Made by a program: the position numbers and the translations under genes. Below are positions 36,610 to 48,958 of a DNA stretch of 64,000 bases, in pieces. The stretch lies in assembly GCA_032718475.1 (NCBI GenBank), contig JAUCBJ010005652.1:62001-126000 (forward strand), written 5' to 3'. The DNA comes from Nemertoderma westbladi. Taxonomy: Eukaryota; Animalia; Xenacoelomorpha. Under the pieces are notes generated by a model, which was not told the DNA's origin, made no database searches, and saw only the letters and a program-made list of their open reading frames with translations. How positions within the stretch are numbered: position 1 is the first letter of the stretch; every line of letters starts with the position of its first letter.

Positions 36610-38216
36610 ACAATATCAGTGAAATTTATTATAGTTACTATTAGTACTGTAGCATCATGTCGTTACTGATTAGAATGATGTAACTATTATGGACTCATTA
36701 TACATACCGCTCCTTAGGAGTATAACTTTATTATACAATGCTATTTTATTTTATTCTCCTCTCTTGGAACCGGGTATTTTTTTTCGCGATGAACAACATA
36801 GCTACTAAACCAGCAGCAAGTTTCGGTTTCATAGATTTTAAGATTTTTCCAATTAAATGTTATTAGTTACCTGGTCCATCATGGTGGGTATTATAGTCAG
36901 CCGTCCTCAGTGATTCACAAGGACATGACATTACAAAATGTTAATGTTGGCCCATATGTATGAAGTATACCAGACTTTCTTCCGTTATATTTCACTTTGC
37001 AGTTAACCCCCATATGAAGAATACCGGTACCAGGTTTTCTCCAAAAACACAGGTTACAGAAGGGCTGAATCTAACCAAAACAATAAACGAATTAGTATAT
37101 GTACAGGTTACAAGACAGAAATAAGCGCTATAAAACACTTAATAAAGATAAATTTAAAAAAATAGAAATTCTTCATATATGAAATTCCAATAAAAAGTCG
37201 ATCGAAAAGTGAAATCCTGGTATTCTTCACATGGGCGGTTATTCTAAAATATGATTTGGTGACTTCCGCTGTCCTTTGCCGACATATATTAATTTTGTTG
37301 ATTTGGACATCAGATATTATAAAATGAGCTAAAATGTAACTAACCTGTGTTGTTTTTACATTTTTCTTTTGTAATCTATTTTGTGTAAACAGGTAAATTT
37401 AACGTAAATTTTAATGTTACCAATTTAAGAATTCTCAGTAAGCAATGTGGTTTGCATATCAGTAGGATCGAATGCTGGTTAACATGATGTACATGCGTTT
37501 GACGTTGACCCATATCATAAATCATTATGAATTTAATTGCCTTTTTTATACTACAATATACTTTTATAAACATACAGTCTCCATAGTATTAATGTCGGCA
37601 TTAATGTAGCCAACACAAGTCATTCAGCTTACATTATCAGAGTGAGTAACTTGTATATATTCCCATAGAATGCATTGGGAAGAGTTATTCAGCTGAGGCG
37701 GTAATAGATTTCAAACTAAACCAACCAGTTAATGTTTGCATTGCCAGACAGTGGTAGGGCCTAAACAAACATTATGGGTGTACTAAGTACAATAATCTCA
37801 TCGATTTATACTAAGCATTGTGTAGAAATCCATTACATAATTTTTACCAATTTCATAGCCAATTAATTTATTACAGTGATACCGTGATACTGAATATTTT
37901 GCCGCAACAATTATATTTTATATGAGTGTTTAGATCGTGGCTCTACCAGTTAGTTACCTTTATTCCATTTTGTAGCAAGGCCATTACTGTTATTGGCGAA
38001 AGCTGCTCCTATAAGCAGCAACCAATCGCGTTATTGTAGTTTAACACAGTCAATGATAATGTAATATTGGCAACTGGTACTGTACAAGTTCAGGTTACGA
38101 TTATTCCAGATCTTTTTTTTTATCACGGAGTTAATGAAGCTGGAACCGTAATTCGAACAAGTTGAGATTGACATTATTCTAAATCTGTAATAAGATATTG
38201 ATCACGGTGTTTAGTG

Positions 38217-39780
38217 TTTTAGTTATCCGTTACTCAATGTGGGGCGAGCCACGAAGTTGGCGGAGCCTTAGCGAATTGACACTGTTAGGGGGTGGGTCAA
38301 TTTATGCAAATAGTTGTCGTCGTCGTCGTCGTCGTCGTTGTCGTCGTCGTCGTTGTCGTCGTCGTCGTTGTCGTCGTCGTTACGATTTTGACATGCTAAT
38401 AACTTTGTCGGATTTAAAGCTGCCAAGTTGAAAATTTGTAGGTATCAATATGAGCAAAAGTTGAGATTTTTGAGAGACTTTCAGACACCATCAGTGCAAT
38501 GGTCTCCCGCTAGAGGGCCACATGTCTAAACATTAAATGGCCACCCATTTCTTTGCTTTTAATCCGTTTAAGCTGAAACTTGGGAAGTATGTACTAGACC
38601 ATTAGCTGTAAATTTCAAAGGAGGCTAATCTGTCTGCAGTTCTCCAGTCTGCCGCTAGAGGGCGAAATGTCCCGAATGTGAAATTATTCTTCCATTTAGT
38701 TGTTTATGATCTGATTACGCTGAAACTTGTCATATATGTACTAGATGACATCCTGAGTCTTTGTGTGGATTGTAATCGGTCCGAAGTTTTCCAGTCTCCC
38801 GCTAGAGGGCCACATGTCTAAACATTAAATGGCCACCCATTTCTTTGCTTTTAATCCGTTTAAGCTGAAACTTGGGAAGTATGTACTAGACCATTAGCTG
38901 TAAATTTCAAAGGAGGCTAATCTGTCTGCAGTTCTCCAGTCTGCCGCTAGAGGGCGAAATGTCCCGAATGTGAAATTATTCTTCCATTTAGTTGTTTATG
39001 ATCTGATTACGCTGAAACTTGTCATATATGTACTAGAAGACATCCTAAGTCTTTGTGTGGACAGTAATCGGTCCGGAGTTTTCGAGTCTGCCGCTAGAGG
39101 GCGAAATGTAGGAAAGTGATAACCTTTGCGAATTCCTTGATCTTAATCTATTTAAGCTGAATTTTGGAATATACAGTACCGGTATGTACTAGCCACCACA
39201 TGCCTCGTCTTTGTGAGGAAGGTGATCGATCCGTAGTTCTTTAATATGCCGCTAGAGGGCTAAATGTATGAAAGTGAAAACCTTCCAACATTTCGTTATT
39301 TATGATCCGTCAATCGGAAACTTGGTAGATATGTAATAGACCATAGGATGTGGCTTTGTAGGGAAACTAATCCTTCCTTCTTCAGTTACCCAGTCTCCCG
39401 CTAGAGGGTTAACGTTTTCCGGGAAAATCTTCTCCTATGTTTTTATAATCCTTTCGAGTTGATACTTAGCATTAACTCATTTCACGTGCTGCGCGAAGGC
39501 CCCACTTCGTGTAATAATATATACAGGTGTACATAACATCCCTCATGTTTGAAAAACTTCGACCTCCCTTTTAAGGTTCTCCAGCTTTTAAAGTACTGTA
39601 GGATTAAGTTTATAATGGAGTCTCCGAGACTCCGACTATAAAAGTGTGAGTATCCTCAATTGCTATCAGTAGTGGCTTCCCAAGCGAAGGGTTTAGTAGA
39701 CTTACTGTTGCTTACTGAAGGCGTTTACACTCGTGGATTACAGATTTGGAATAATGGTTACTAATATTCTATTCTCATTG
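38217..39780. repeat. Interspersed repeat (possibly a Helentron/DINE-1-like non-autonomous element) with a (GTC)n microsatellite and ~146-bp internal tandem repeats
   Basis: (GTC/GTT)n at 38314-38380; seven CCGCTAGAGGG units; 292-bp near-exact duplication; ends uncertain. Confidence 0.55.
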
Positions 39781-39819
39781 ACTCCCTGCTGCCCTGTTAA
39801 GGGGGGGGGGGGGGGGGGG

Positions 39820-40070
39820 GGGTCTCTGGAGGTCGTGGGTTCAATCCCCGCATGGCACGAATTCTACGAATGCGTTTCGGCACGAATGCTTTGAAGGGAC
39901 CAGCCAGGGCGCATCGGACTCTGCCTTGCCTCCTTAAGTGGTAGCTAAATGAGTACTGGAGTTTCTTCTGGGGAGCATAGTTCTGGGGGGACCGCACTTG
40001 AATTAAATCGTTTACCTGTCGATTGTGCGTTATCATTGGTTTAACGGCCGAAGAAAACTTACTTTTTTTA
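39820..40070 (+). mobile_element. Probable 5'-truncated tRNA-derived SINE
   Basis: GGTCGTGGGTTCAATCCCCG B-box/T-arm-like segment, then a unique body ending in TTACTTTTTT. Confidence 0.4.
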
Positions 40071-40580
40071 GGCATATTGCATTAGGCTGGCTGTTAGGAA
40101 GTCAGACCAGATACAATCCATCAATTACTACATCAATTTATATTAATTTACTAATAAATCAATTAGCCTATATTCATGTAATAATAATCAATTATAATTT
40201 ATAATTGATCATTATTAAAATGGATTACTGGGGTGTCGTTATAATGCAGTGGTGTCGATCACCCATAGTGGTGGCCATGGCGGTGGATGAACAGGCACTC
40301 ATTGGCTTAAAGAGTTAAAGACCCTAATCGATTATCTCAATCAATTAAATTAATTTTGCTGCAGTTCTTAGATTCTAGTTCAGACTTGTTTGTACATTGT
40401 AGTGATTGCACGGTGACGGTACATGTAGTACGCTGTACTGTAACTAAATATGATGTAGTACTGTACAGTCAGAAGACAGTGTAGCTTAGCTACTGAGCTA
40501 ATTCAGTCAATTTTACTGGATATACCCTACTCAGCTACTGCCGTACAGCTGTACGTACAGCCCTGCAGCCGTATATCATA

Positions 40581-43022
40581 ATGGGGCGCCGAACTGCCAA
40601 GGGACAATCAGGACTCGGTAAAACTATAATGAGAGATAAAAAGAGTTCTGGTATCCATCTCCGTAAAGACGGTTTGGTTAACTATCAACCCCCAGCGACC
40701 GTGGATGCATTGGTTTCGGTAACAGACCAGACCAGTCTGGAGGACTTCCTAACCACCGCCGATCTGGCGGGGCGCGACTTCACTGCTGAGCGCCACAAAA
40801 ACAGCGCGAAAATAATCAACCCCGCATGTGCAGTGGAGTGTGACGCGTCAGAGGATATGTTGAGGAAGCAGGAGAAACTCGCTGATATGGTGCGGATCCC
40901 TCGACGTCCGCCCTGGGACACAACGACCACTCCCGATGAGTTGGAGGCTGCGGAGAGAGAGAGTTTCCTCGACTGGCGTCGGGGGTTGGCCTTGATGCAG
41001 GAGCAGTACGACGTGTTGGTGACTCCTTACGAGAGAAACCTCGAGATTTGGCGTCAGTTGTGGCGGGTCATTGAACGCAGTCACCTCGTTGTACAGATCG
41101 TGGACGCGCGGAATCCCTTGCTCTTCCATTGCGAGGACATCGATAGGTACGTAAAGGAAACCGACTCCAATAAGGTGAACCTCTTGTTACTAAACAAGGC
41201 GGATCTCCTGACAGAGCGACAGCGCCGAAGCTGGGCCGAATACTTCAGTTCCCAGCGGATAAACTTTGCGTTCTGGTCGGCGTCGACTGAGATGGACCTT
41301 GTGGCCTCCTCGGCGTCGGATACGGACTCCGATACCGACAGCTCCGAGGGACCGGATTCCCCGGGGTACGAACTGGTCTCCGGTTCGCGGTTCAACTATA
41401 GAGATGTTGAGGGATTCGCTGACGACCTTCCTGGCGTGGTTAATGAAGGTGTAGAGGAGAACGATAATTATAATGGTGGCACCAAAAGTATGGGGGCCCA
41501 TAAACTCGTCCACGTCCAACAATCTCCTAATTCCTGCAGCTCCTCCTCCCATTCTTCCTCTAGCTCCTCCCGCTCCTCCTCAGCCCGCTCCTCTCCCTTC
41601 CAACCCCCCTCTCCCACCCCCGATTATACCCCCCATGACTGTCTCCCATTGGTCACGATTACCTCGGACCAGCTCTCACTAATAGACCCCCATCGTCCCG
41701 ATGGCAGCGACGACGACTACTACAGGGACTTCGAGGAGCTCTCCGACTACGGCTACCAGCCCCTCCCCGACAACGATGACGATGTGGACTCCGCTGACGA
41801 TATGGAGAGCAATGTTGACAAAGTAATGGAAGAGCCGAAGGCGTTCGAAGCGTTTTCCAACGATATGGAAGTCAACGAAGTAGCTTTGGAGGTTTTAGGT
41901 GTTGAAGCGATGGTGGAGCTGGCTGAGGTCGTAAAGGAAGTCGAAACAACTGGGGTTGTAGATGAGGAAGACGTTGTGACCAGGTACAGCGTTATATCGC
42001 CGGACGTCCACGCAATATTCGACACGAGTAGCGCGGGGAGTGTGGGAGACGTTAACCAAGGAGCGATGGGGGACATGGATGGGGTTGTAGACGAGGAAGT
42101 TATGGAGAACAGCAGCGGTGAGAGCGACACTAACGATCTATCGTACAAGGTACTCAGTGGGGATGAGTTGCTTCGTTTGTTCCGACGGTTGGGATCCGAC
42201 GTACCCCGGACAGGATCCGACGTACCCCGTACCGGATCCGAGACCCCCACACGGCTCACTGTCGGTCTCCTAGGCTATCCTAATGTCGGTAAGAGCTCGA
42301 CCATCAACGCGCTCCTCGCATCCAAGAAGGTCGCTGTGAGCGCGACCCCGGGCCGTACCAAACACCTACAGACGCTCTACGTCTCCGACGACTTGGTGCT
42401 GGCCGACTGCCCCGGCCTGGTCTTCCCTTCCTTCGTCTCCACTAAGGCCGAACTCATCCTTAACGGAGTTCTCTCAGTCGACCAGATGCGGGACTACGTG
42501 GCTCCGGTCGCGTTGCTATGCCAACGCGTACCGCGACCCGTGCTGGCCGGCCTCTACGGGTTCCGGTTGGCCGAAGGTTCCGAGTCCAACAGGATTCCGG
42601 ACGTCCGACCCGCCACTGTTGTGTCGATGACTCACGAATTTCTCGACGCCCACGCAACGTCGCGCGGCTTTATGACGTCACGAGGTCGTCCTGACGGGCA
42701 GCGTTCCGCCAGACTGGTGCTGAAGGACTACGTACAGGCCCGTATAGTCTACTGCCATGCGCCCCCTGGTGTTCCTACCCGCGGCTTCCAGGATTGGATG
42801 AAGTCGCGTGTCTCCCTAGGCAACACAGTGACGTCATCGCCACCACCCACTAAGGAACCGCAGTTGAGTCAGTTTGATAGTCAGTTTTTTTCGGGGCAGC
42901 AGTCGAGACTCGGGGTGAAGGGTAACCGGGTCCCGGGTGCTATGACAACCGGCAGGAAGAGACATAACAATAAGTGTAAAAAGGAAAAGTTAAGACGTGT
43001 TTATAAACATTTGGATCAATAA
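40581..43022 (+). CDS. LSG1: Large subunit GTPase 1 (circularly permuted 60S export GTPase), single exon
   Basis: IPRRPPW, TPYERNLEIWRQLWRVIERS, IVDARNPL, NKADLL (G4), GYPNVGKSS (G1), TPGRTKH (G2), DCPGLVFP (G3), KKEKLRR C-terminus. Confidence 0.97.
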   Translation: MGRRTAKGQSGLGKTIMRDKKSSGIHLRKDGLVNYQPPATVDALVSVTDQTSLEDFLTTADLAGRDFTAERHKNSAKIINPACAVECDASEDMLRKQEKLADMVRIPRRPPWDTTTTPDELEAAERESFLDWRRGLALMQEQYDVLVTPYERNLEIWRQLWRVIERSHLVVQIVDARNPLLFHCEDIDRYVKETDSNKVNLLLLNKADLLTERQRRSWAEYFSSQRINFAFWSASTEMDLVASSASDTDSDTDSSEGPDSPGYELVSGSRFNYRDVEGFADDLPGVVNEGVEENDNYNGGTKSMGAHKLVHVQQSPNSCSSSSHSSSSSSRSSSARSSPFQPPSPTPDYTPHDCLPLVTITSDQLSLIDPHRPDGSDDDYYRDFEELSDYGYQPLPDNDDDVDSADDMESNVDKVMEEPKAFEAFSNDMEVNEVALEVLGVEAMVELAEVVKEVETTGVVDEEDVVTRYSVISPDVHAIFDTSSAGSVGDVNQGAMGDMDGVVDEEVMENSSGESDTNDLSYKVLSGDELLRLFRRLGSDVPRTGSDVPRTGSETPTRLTVGLLGYPNVGKSSTINALLASKKVAVSATPGRTKHLQTLYVSDDLVLADCPGLVFPSFVSTKAELILNGVLSVDQMRDYVAPVALLCQRVPRPVLAGLYGFRLAEGSESNRIPDVRPATVVSMTHEFLDAHATSRGFMTSRGRPDGQRSARLVLKDYVQARIVYCHAPPGVPTRGFQDWMKSRVSLGNTVTSSPPPTKEPQLSQFDSQFFSGQQSRLGVKGNRVPGAMTTGRKRHNNKCKKEKLRRVYKHLDQ

Positions 43023-44171
43023 TTAATGTGTTACAGTTAGTAATGCACGGTTATTTTGCAAGATTAATTTCGTTAGTGCTTTCTATTTGGTGTATCTATG
43101 TAGAACTATATCAACTATACATGTTGCATTCTGTCTATATAAAGGAAAGAGTATTCAATGTTTGTACAAACACGATATGGAGTTTTCTATCAACATGTTC
43201 CCGGTTTCATATGCGAATGCAAACAGACGGGAATGCACTGGTCGTCCTATATATATTTTTGCATATATTTACTTACGGTATTGTCAGGTCAGTAGGTACA
43301 GCACTAGATCTACAGCCGACCCTTTATCTGTATGCAGATTTTTGATATGAAATCACTTTTCATCTCACCGTGAATTACCTGTTGTACTCTGAAAATTCAA
43401 AGGCCAATTAGAAGACTCAAATCGATACCAATTCAATTAATTTTTACTGTTATAAAAATGCTTAACTATATAATTACATTTTTGAACTTAATCAATAAAA
43501 AAATTCCACCGATAAACATAATTGTAAAAATAGGAGAGAAGGGGGTGGGTTGTCTTGAAATGTTAAAGAAGTTATTATATTAAGGGCGATGGTGAATTCT
43601 ATGTATAACGTTTTTTATTTAATTTGTTTATTTAAAAAAATATTATATCGGTTTTCAGACACTCGTTTATTTACGTAAACCTCCCCCGTTGCGCTCGCTC
43701 TCTTCTGGCATATATGGGGGACTTTCCACGCAATCAAATCAGCTGATTATAAATAATGATAATATTAATATATTAAATATAAAACCCAAAAGTTGCTGCG
43801 GCGTATCTCAAACCGAATTTCTATATTAGAGGCCTCCTAAAATGTCATCCCACTTTCTCGGTGACAATTATCAACGATGTTGTACTGGAATGATTAATTC
43901 TAGGATTAAATATATCAAGTTGTGTATCAAAAATACAATAGTGTGTTTGTCGATCATAAAACATTCTTCCATAAGTAAAACATACGCGATAATTTATCAT
44001 TATTGCTCCGGGGTAAATTTATAAGAGAAGCGTGAAATACTTACATAATACTCAAAAAATAAAAACAAAAGTACAATAACAAACTGCACGTATAACGATC
44101 GCAGACTATTTATACACCTAATAAACATTTTTCCACTTTTCACTTTTAAAAATTATGACTTACAACTAAAT

Positions 44172-45582
44172 TTACTTCATCCAAGTTTTTGATTGTGGTA
44201 TAAAATATATTCTCCAAGCGTTTGGCTTCGTCGCTGTCACGCAATTGGTTGATTGTGGCACAGAATGCCTTTTCCAGAAACTTGTAGCAATTCTTTTGGC
44301 CGGTTCAGGTGATATACCGGACGATTCCGAATCCTCAGCCAACTTTTCCGCTTTGGTAGCCTGCTCCATGAAATATCGCACTTTAGACATGGGGTCCTTT
44401 GAATGAATATTGGGCACAACTGTCGCATCCGATTGCGATTTCATCAAAACGCTTTCAGTTTCGCTATTTTGCAATAATCTCGGATACTTTTTTTTGTCTT
44501 TCAGGTTTTCCTGTGACTTGTTACCTCGTGTATGGGTATCGAGATTTGTGTTGTAGTTAGTGAGTGCTGGCCTCGAGGTTGGAAGCGTCCAACCTACACT
44601 CAATGGATTATTTATTGTAGTACTAGAGGCAGATGTAACGGACAAGGGTAACTGATCTGTAGGTAGTGATGGTTCCTTTGATGTGTGTGAAGGCGAGGTA
44701 ACATGTGGTGTGTCTTGGGGGACCTGAATGCTGCCTACTGGAGGTTGTTTAGAGTGAGATTTAAGGTCTGTGGATATTGTTTTATGTGACGTGTCAATAC
44801 CAATTGAGTTTGAATGTTGTGGCTGTGGCATGGTGGTATGGAAAGGATATCGTACGTAGCCTTGGGTCTGGTGACGTCATTACTTTCGAATGCGGAGGAA
44901 TAATATTGGGATGAGTATGTGCGGGTAGTTGAGGTGGATGAGAATAGTGATTGATCTGGTTTGGAGGTAAAATAACTGGCTCAAGAGGAGGGGGAGGGTG
45001 ATGCATTTGATAGCGACTAAAAGGAAATGTTTTATCTGGTGGAGGTCGTTAGAATGGCGGGTGTATCGAGAACTGCTTCGATTTACGGAGCTGTCCAAAT
45101 AGGTTCTTTGCTTTTGAATTCGAAACTTGTATGTTACTGGTAGCTTCATCGATAATCGAAAGTTTCATCAGTTTTGAATAGCTCTTTATTATTTCTTGAA
45201 AAGATTGTCTTATAATAGTTGGAAACTTCTCAGTACAATTTTGTATAATTGTTGCAGCTAATTCTCTAATCGTGTATCGAGGAACGCAGAGTTTGCTTGA
45301 TAAAACACACTTGATGCCTTTATCATTAAATATGTTAATCGAACATCTAAAGCGTATCTCCAGTTTTCTAAGCATTTCCCTATTTTTACAACTTAGTACA
45401 GAAGATATGCTAGGTGTAATATCGAAGAGTAGTTTATATTTATTGCCATTATTCCTTTCTGAAACAAATCTTGAAACATTATTCCATTGTAAATAAACAT
45501 CGTATTCTTTCTTATCGGAGCTAGAAGACGCGGCAGTCGGTACAAAATGTGCTTTTGCACAATGCGGTTGCCCTGGTTCCAT
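44172..45582 (-). other. Cluster of unassigned ORFs (177, 89, 70, 219 aa); possibly one degraded gene or TE-borne ORF
   Basis: Overlapping same-strand ORFs in AT-rich DNA; no motif recognised. Confidence 0.35.
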
Positions 45583-45593
45583 CCGGGTTTACT

Positions 45594-45704
45594 CAAGGAC
45601 TTCTAGAACATAGTATACATTCATATACATATAGAATATATGAATGTATAGAATGTATAGAATGTATTACATATAGAATATATACTATGTTCTAGAAGTC
45701 CCTG
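45594..45704. mobile_element. 111-bp palindromic MITE, P-element-like
   Basis: TIR CAAGGACTTCTAGAACATAGTATA/TATACTATGTTCTAGAAGTCCCTG; 7-bp TSD GTTTACT at 45587-45593 and 45705-45711. Confidence 0.75.
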
Positions 45705-46066
45705 GTTTACTATGAAATTGAATTTCTTACCGGTCAGCCAGTACCGGTACTATACCAGTAAACAATATTCTTAACCCCAGACGGACTGACGGCAGTTTCC
45801 TTTCCTTGTTCATTGTTTTGATTCTTTATTACTATGAGCAGCCAGCACCATTTATTGGCTTATTGATAAGTTAAATAATCACCACATAATGAATATGTAA
45901 TAAAGTCTTACTGTCTTAAGAATAACATAAAATCTGACATCATGTATCAGCATTTTCAAATTTTGAAAAAAAGTAGGGTCCCCTATATTTAAGGAGTGCC
46001 GCTAAAACGTCTGTCCTTATCATCTGTTCCGATCTGACAGTATCTGACACTTGTTCCACTTGTTCC

Positions 46067-46380
46067 TTGAATAGGCTTTCCAGGATTTGGAAGTCACCTA
46101 GAATTAATCGGAAACTTAAGGTCCGATTATTCAGAGCAGCAGTAGTTCCAGTACTCCTCTACGGGAGTCCATGCTGGGCTCTAACTGCTGAGGACACCAA
46201 ATCTCTGGATGGCACATTCACAAGAATGCTACGCCGGGTTCATTGTGTCAAGTACAATGCACACATCTCCAACCAGACACTATATAACATTGGAGGTGTC
46301 TCATTGGTTCCCCCAAGCTTGACACTAGAACAAAATCGCCTCCGCTTTGCAGGACATTGCTTTCGCCGTGAGGACCAGCC
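46067..46380 (+). mobile_element. RTE LINE 3' fragment, left part (split by BEL copy C)
   Basis: LKVRLFRAAVVPVLLYGS…RLRFAGHCFRREDQP. Confidence 0.85.
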
Positions 46381-47616
46381 TGTTCGCGCTTTTGAAGACC
46401 TTTAGCAGTTTAACCTGCCAAAATTTATATGTCTTTTAGTTAATTAACACACCTTTAGCATACGACAATATTTTATGCTAATAAACAAAACATTAGCCGA
46501 AGCCAGCCCATGCGCGATCATTCACCCGATGGATCTACACCCGGGAGGCTGAATTCGGATGCTTAGATTTTATTATTGCAGTGTAAGGTTGCAGTGTAAG
46601 CCTACTGTATTATTCGATAGATCACTAATAATTAATTTCTGACAGATATTATTAACTTTCGGGAAATATTAACAGTTCCTTTAGGACGTGGCGCTCTATC
46701 TATTTAAACAGAGCTAGGACTTATACTAAACGCAACGATAAGGCTTATGATTAAAGTATAAGTCGCATTCTTTAGGAAATGCTTTGTTACCAGTCACATC
46801 ACACTCACAATCATGCACACTATTCTGCCGACCGTCAGTACATTTGATCACACATGAAGAGAACAGCAATTGACTCAGGTAGTGTCCACTAAATAACATT
46901 AGATTCAATACACACCACATTGATATAAATCGCAATTGTTATATATAGCCCGCCTCTCTAACCTGTAGTGTATCAAGAAAATTGGGAATTTGGGTGATTT
47001 ATCCGTATTATCCAAAGAGCAATATTTCCATCAACAAATAGGTACAATTAATAACTGACGGTAAATAGCAGTACAAACAATATGATTAGTGCAGTTAAAT
47101 TAAGTGAGGTAACACCGCCGCCGGTAACAGTTATACTTTCTATAATCTAAGCAGTTTACTAGAGTTCTTACCAAAAAGCCGGTGTTTCTGGCTTGGACAG
47201 CAATAACAACAAAGTATCAAGTAAAAACAGTAAGACTGAACACTCTCCTTATGATCGGCTGAAAAGCTACACGTCGACAGGAAAAATCGCTCTGATTGGC
47301 TCAAGCCAAACAAAGAACTATGCGTCCAATGGCTGTTTCCATGTCAGCAACCAGCTGTTAGATGTCGTAATATGAATCATCACGGCTAAGCTGTGAAAGG
47401 TAGTTGGTGCATTACAGGTTTTTTGCTTTACCATGTCCGCCAAAACACGTATATAGCAGAATGATTTTTATGTCCGTTAAAACACCTGTAACGGTACCTT
47501 GCGGGCGAGGGGAATATATATACAGTTAGAGAACCTTTTTAGAGTATTCCAGCGCCTGGGGGGAAACTGGATTGCGAAGCAAAAGGGGCCAGTTATATCC
47601 CACAGAAGCTTTTACA
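46381..47616 (-). repeat. 3' LTR of copy C (1236 bp)
   Basis: TG…CA termini; PPT-like GGGAGCGG adjacent on the minus strand. Confidence 0.96.
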
Positions 47617-47694
47617 CCGCTCCCAGAAAATGGGATTTAAGTCTATAAAATATACAAAATCACAGTTTCTCAAATACGAAAATACTCTAAACAG

Positions 47695-48347
47695 TTAGTC
47701 TTTCATGCGCGGACGGCGTTTACGCAGTTTTTTAAAGCTAGCCAGAGTCTTTTTCTCTTTGGGGCGAGCCACTTTACAAGGAGGGCTATAACTCCTGGGT
47801 GAAGGGTGCAACATGATTGCATCAGAGGGTATAGGATTATGGTCGGTGTATCCGCCAGTCGAAGTGCCGAGTTGATTGACATCAACGTCGGGGGAGAGGG
47901 GTCTAACGGCTTTGAGAGCTCGTTTCAAGACAGCCGCTCTTACGGGTCCTTTACGAGTGGTCTGAATGAGGGCCGTGGGTGGACCATAGGCAGTTAGAAA
48001 CTTCCTTGGTTTAATGGTTCTTTCCAACTCGCGTTCGCGGGCTCGGTACTCGTAAGGCCGTCGATATACTTCCTGTAACTCGATATGCGTGATTTCTGTT
48101 CGACAGAAGCGAATAGATAAGGATGGAACGCATAAATTCCTTCGTAAGCGCGTCCAAGATAATAGCGATGGCGCGAATCACGATGTAAATCAGCGTTCGC
48201 TTCCCAAGCTCTAATGTAACGTAGTGTGATCATTTCATCTACGCTTTCCAAATCGCGATTAAAAGGGCAATCGAAACTGGCGTGTCCCTTTAGTGGACAG
48301 TGGTGACATTGAGTCATAAATTGAGGGTAAACCGCAAAAATATGCAA
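47695..48347 (-). CDS. Accessory ORFs of copy C: 117 aa with a CCHC knuckle (47994-48347), overlapping a 110-aa basic ORF (47695-48027)
   Basis: C-HH-C-PLKG-H-ASFD-C fits CX2CX4HX4C; C-terminal KKLRKRRPR shared with copy A. Confidence 0.5.
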
Positions 48348-48684
48348 ATTATTAAATCTGCAATACGCTCAATAAATTTCCATCGCCGGTTGTTCGTGGA
48401 AATAGGAACAGCGGACGTTTGTGTCCATGGGCGTAACATGGTCTCTCGATGCGCATAACCGACAACGTTGCCGAGAAACATAGTTGGCATGGCGATAATC
48501 GTACGCAGTGAGACACTGTGGACCTTGATACCATTCTAGGATGTAATCGTTGTCGCTGTTCCGAGCGCGATAGGCTGAATCTCCTCAGATTCTAGGCATA
48601 TTGGTTCGTCTTCCCAGTCTGTTACGAATATAATTTTCGTGATCTATTCTCGGTTTATCGTTACGACTCCGCTGGGTATGATAT

Positions 48685-48958
48685 TTAAATAGAACCATTT
48701 CCCTTTAGGGTGTCTACATCGTCCGTATCATGTAAATCGATAGGATGGCCGGTAGTTAAGAAGTCCATACACGTACCATTACGATGCGTATAGCGAGCGG
48801 TTAATTTTCGATAGTCCAATTCACGCGTAAGTTGCTCTTGGGACATCGGCGGTTCGATATAACGACCATCGTCCTCCGTAATAGTCGGATCGGCTTCACC
48901 GCGTATCAAGCTATCCACAAACGCTAATACCAAGGTCATCTTCTATTAATTCCGTCAT
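48685..48958 (-). pseudogene. Conserved accessory ORF of copy C (homologue of 5625-5928)
   Basis: AFVDSLIRGEADPTITEDDGRYIEPPMSQEQLTRELDYRK…TTGHPIDLH; the ATG at 48958 is out of frame because of a short deletion. Confidence 0.65.

Noticed and set aside
46726-47375. Small ORFs duplicated at 57397-58046
   Set aside because: They lie within identical LTRs and the frames are not convincingly conserved across LTR subfamilies.
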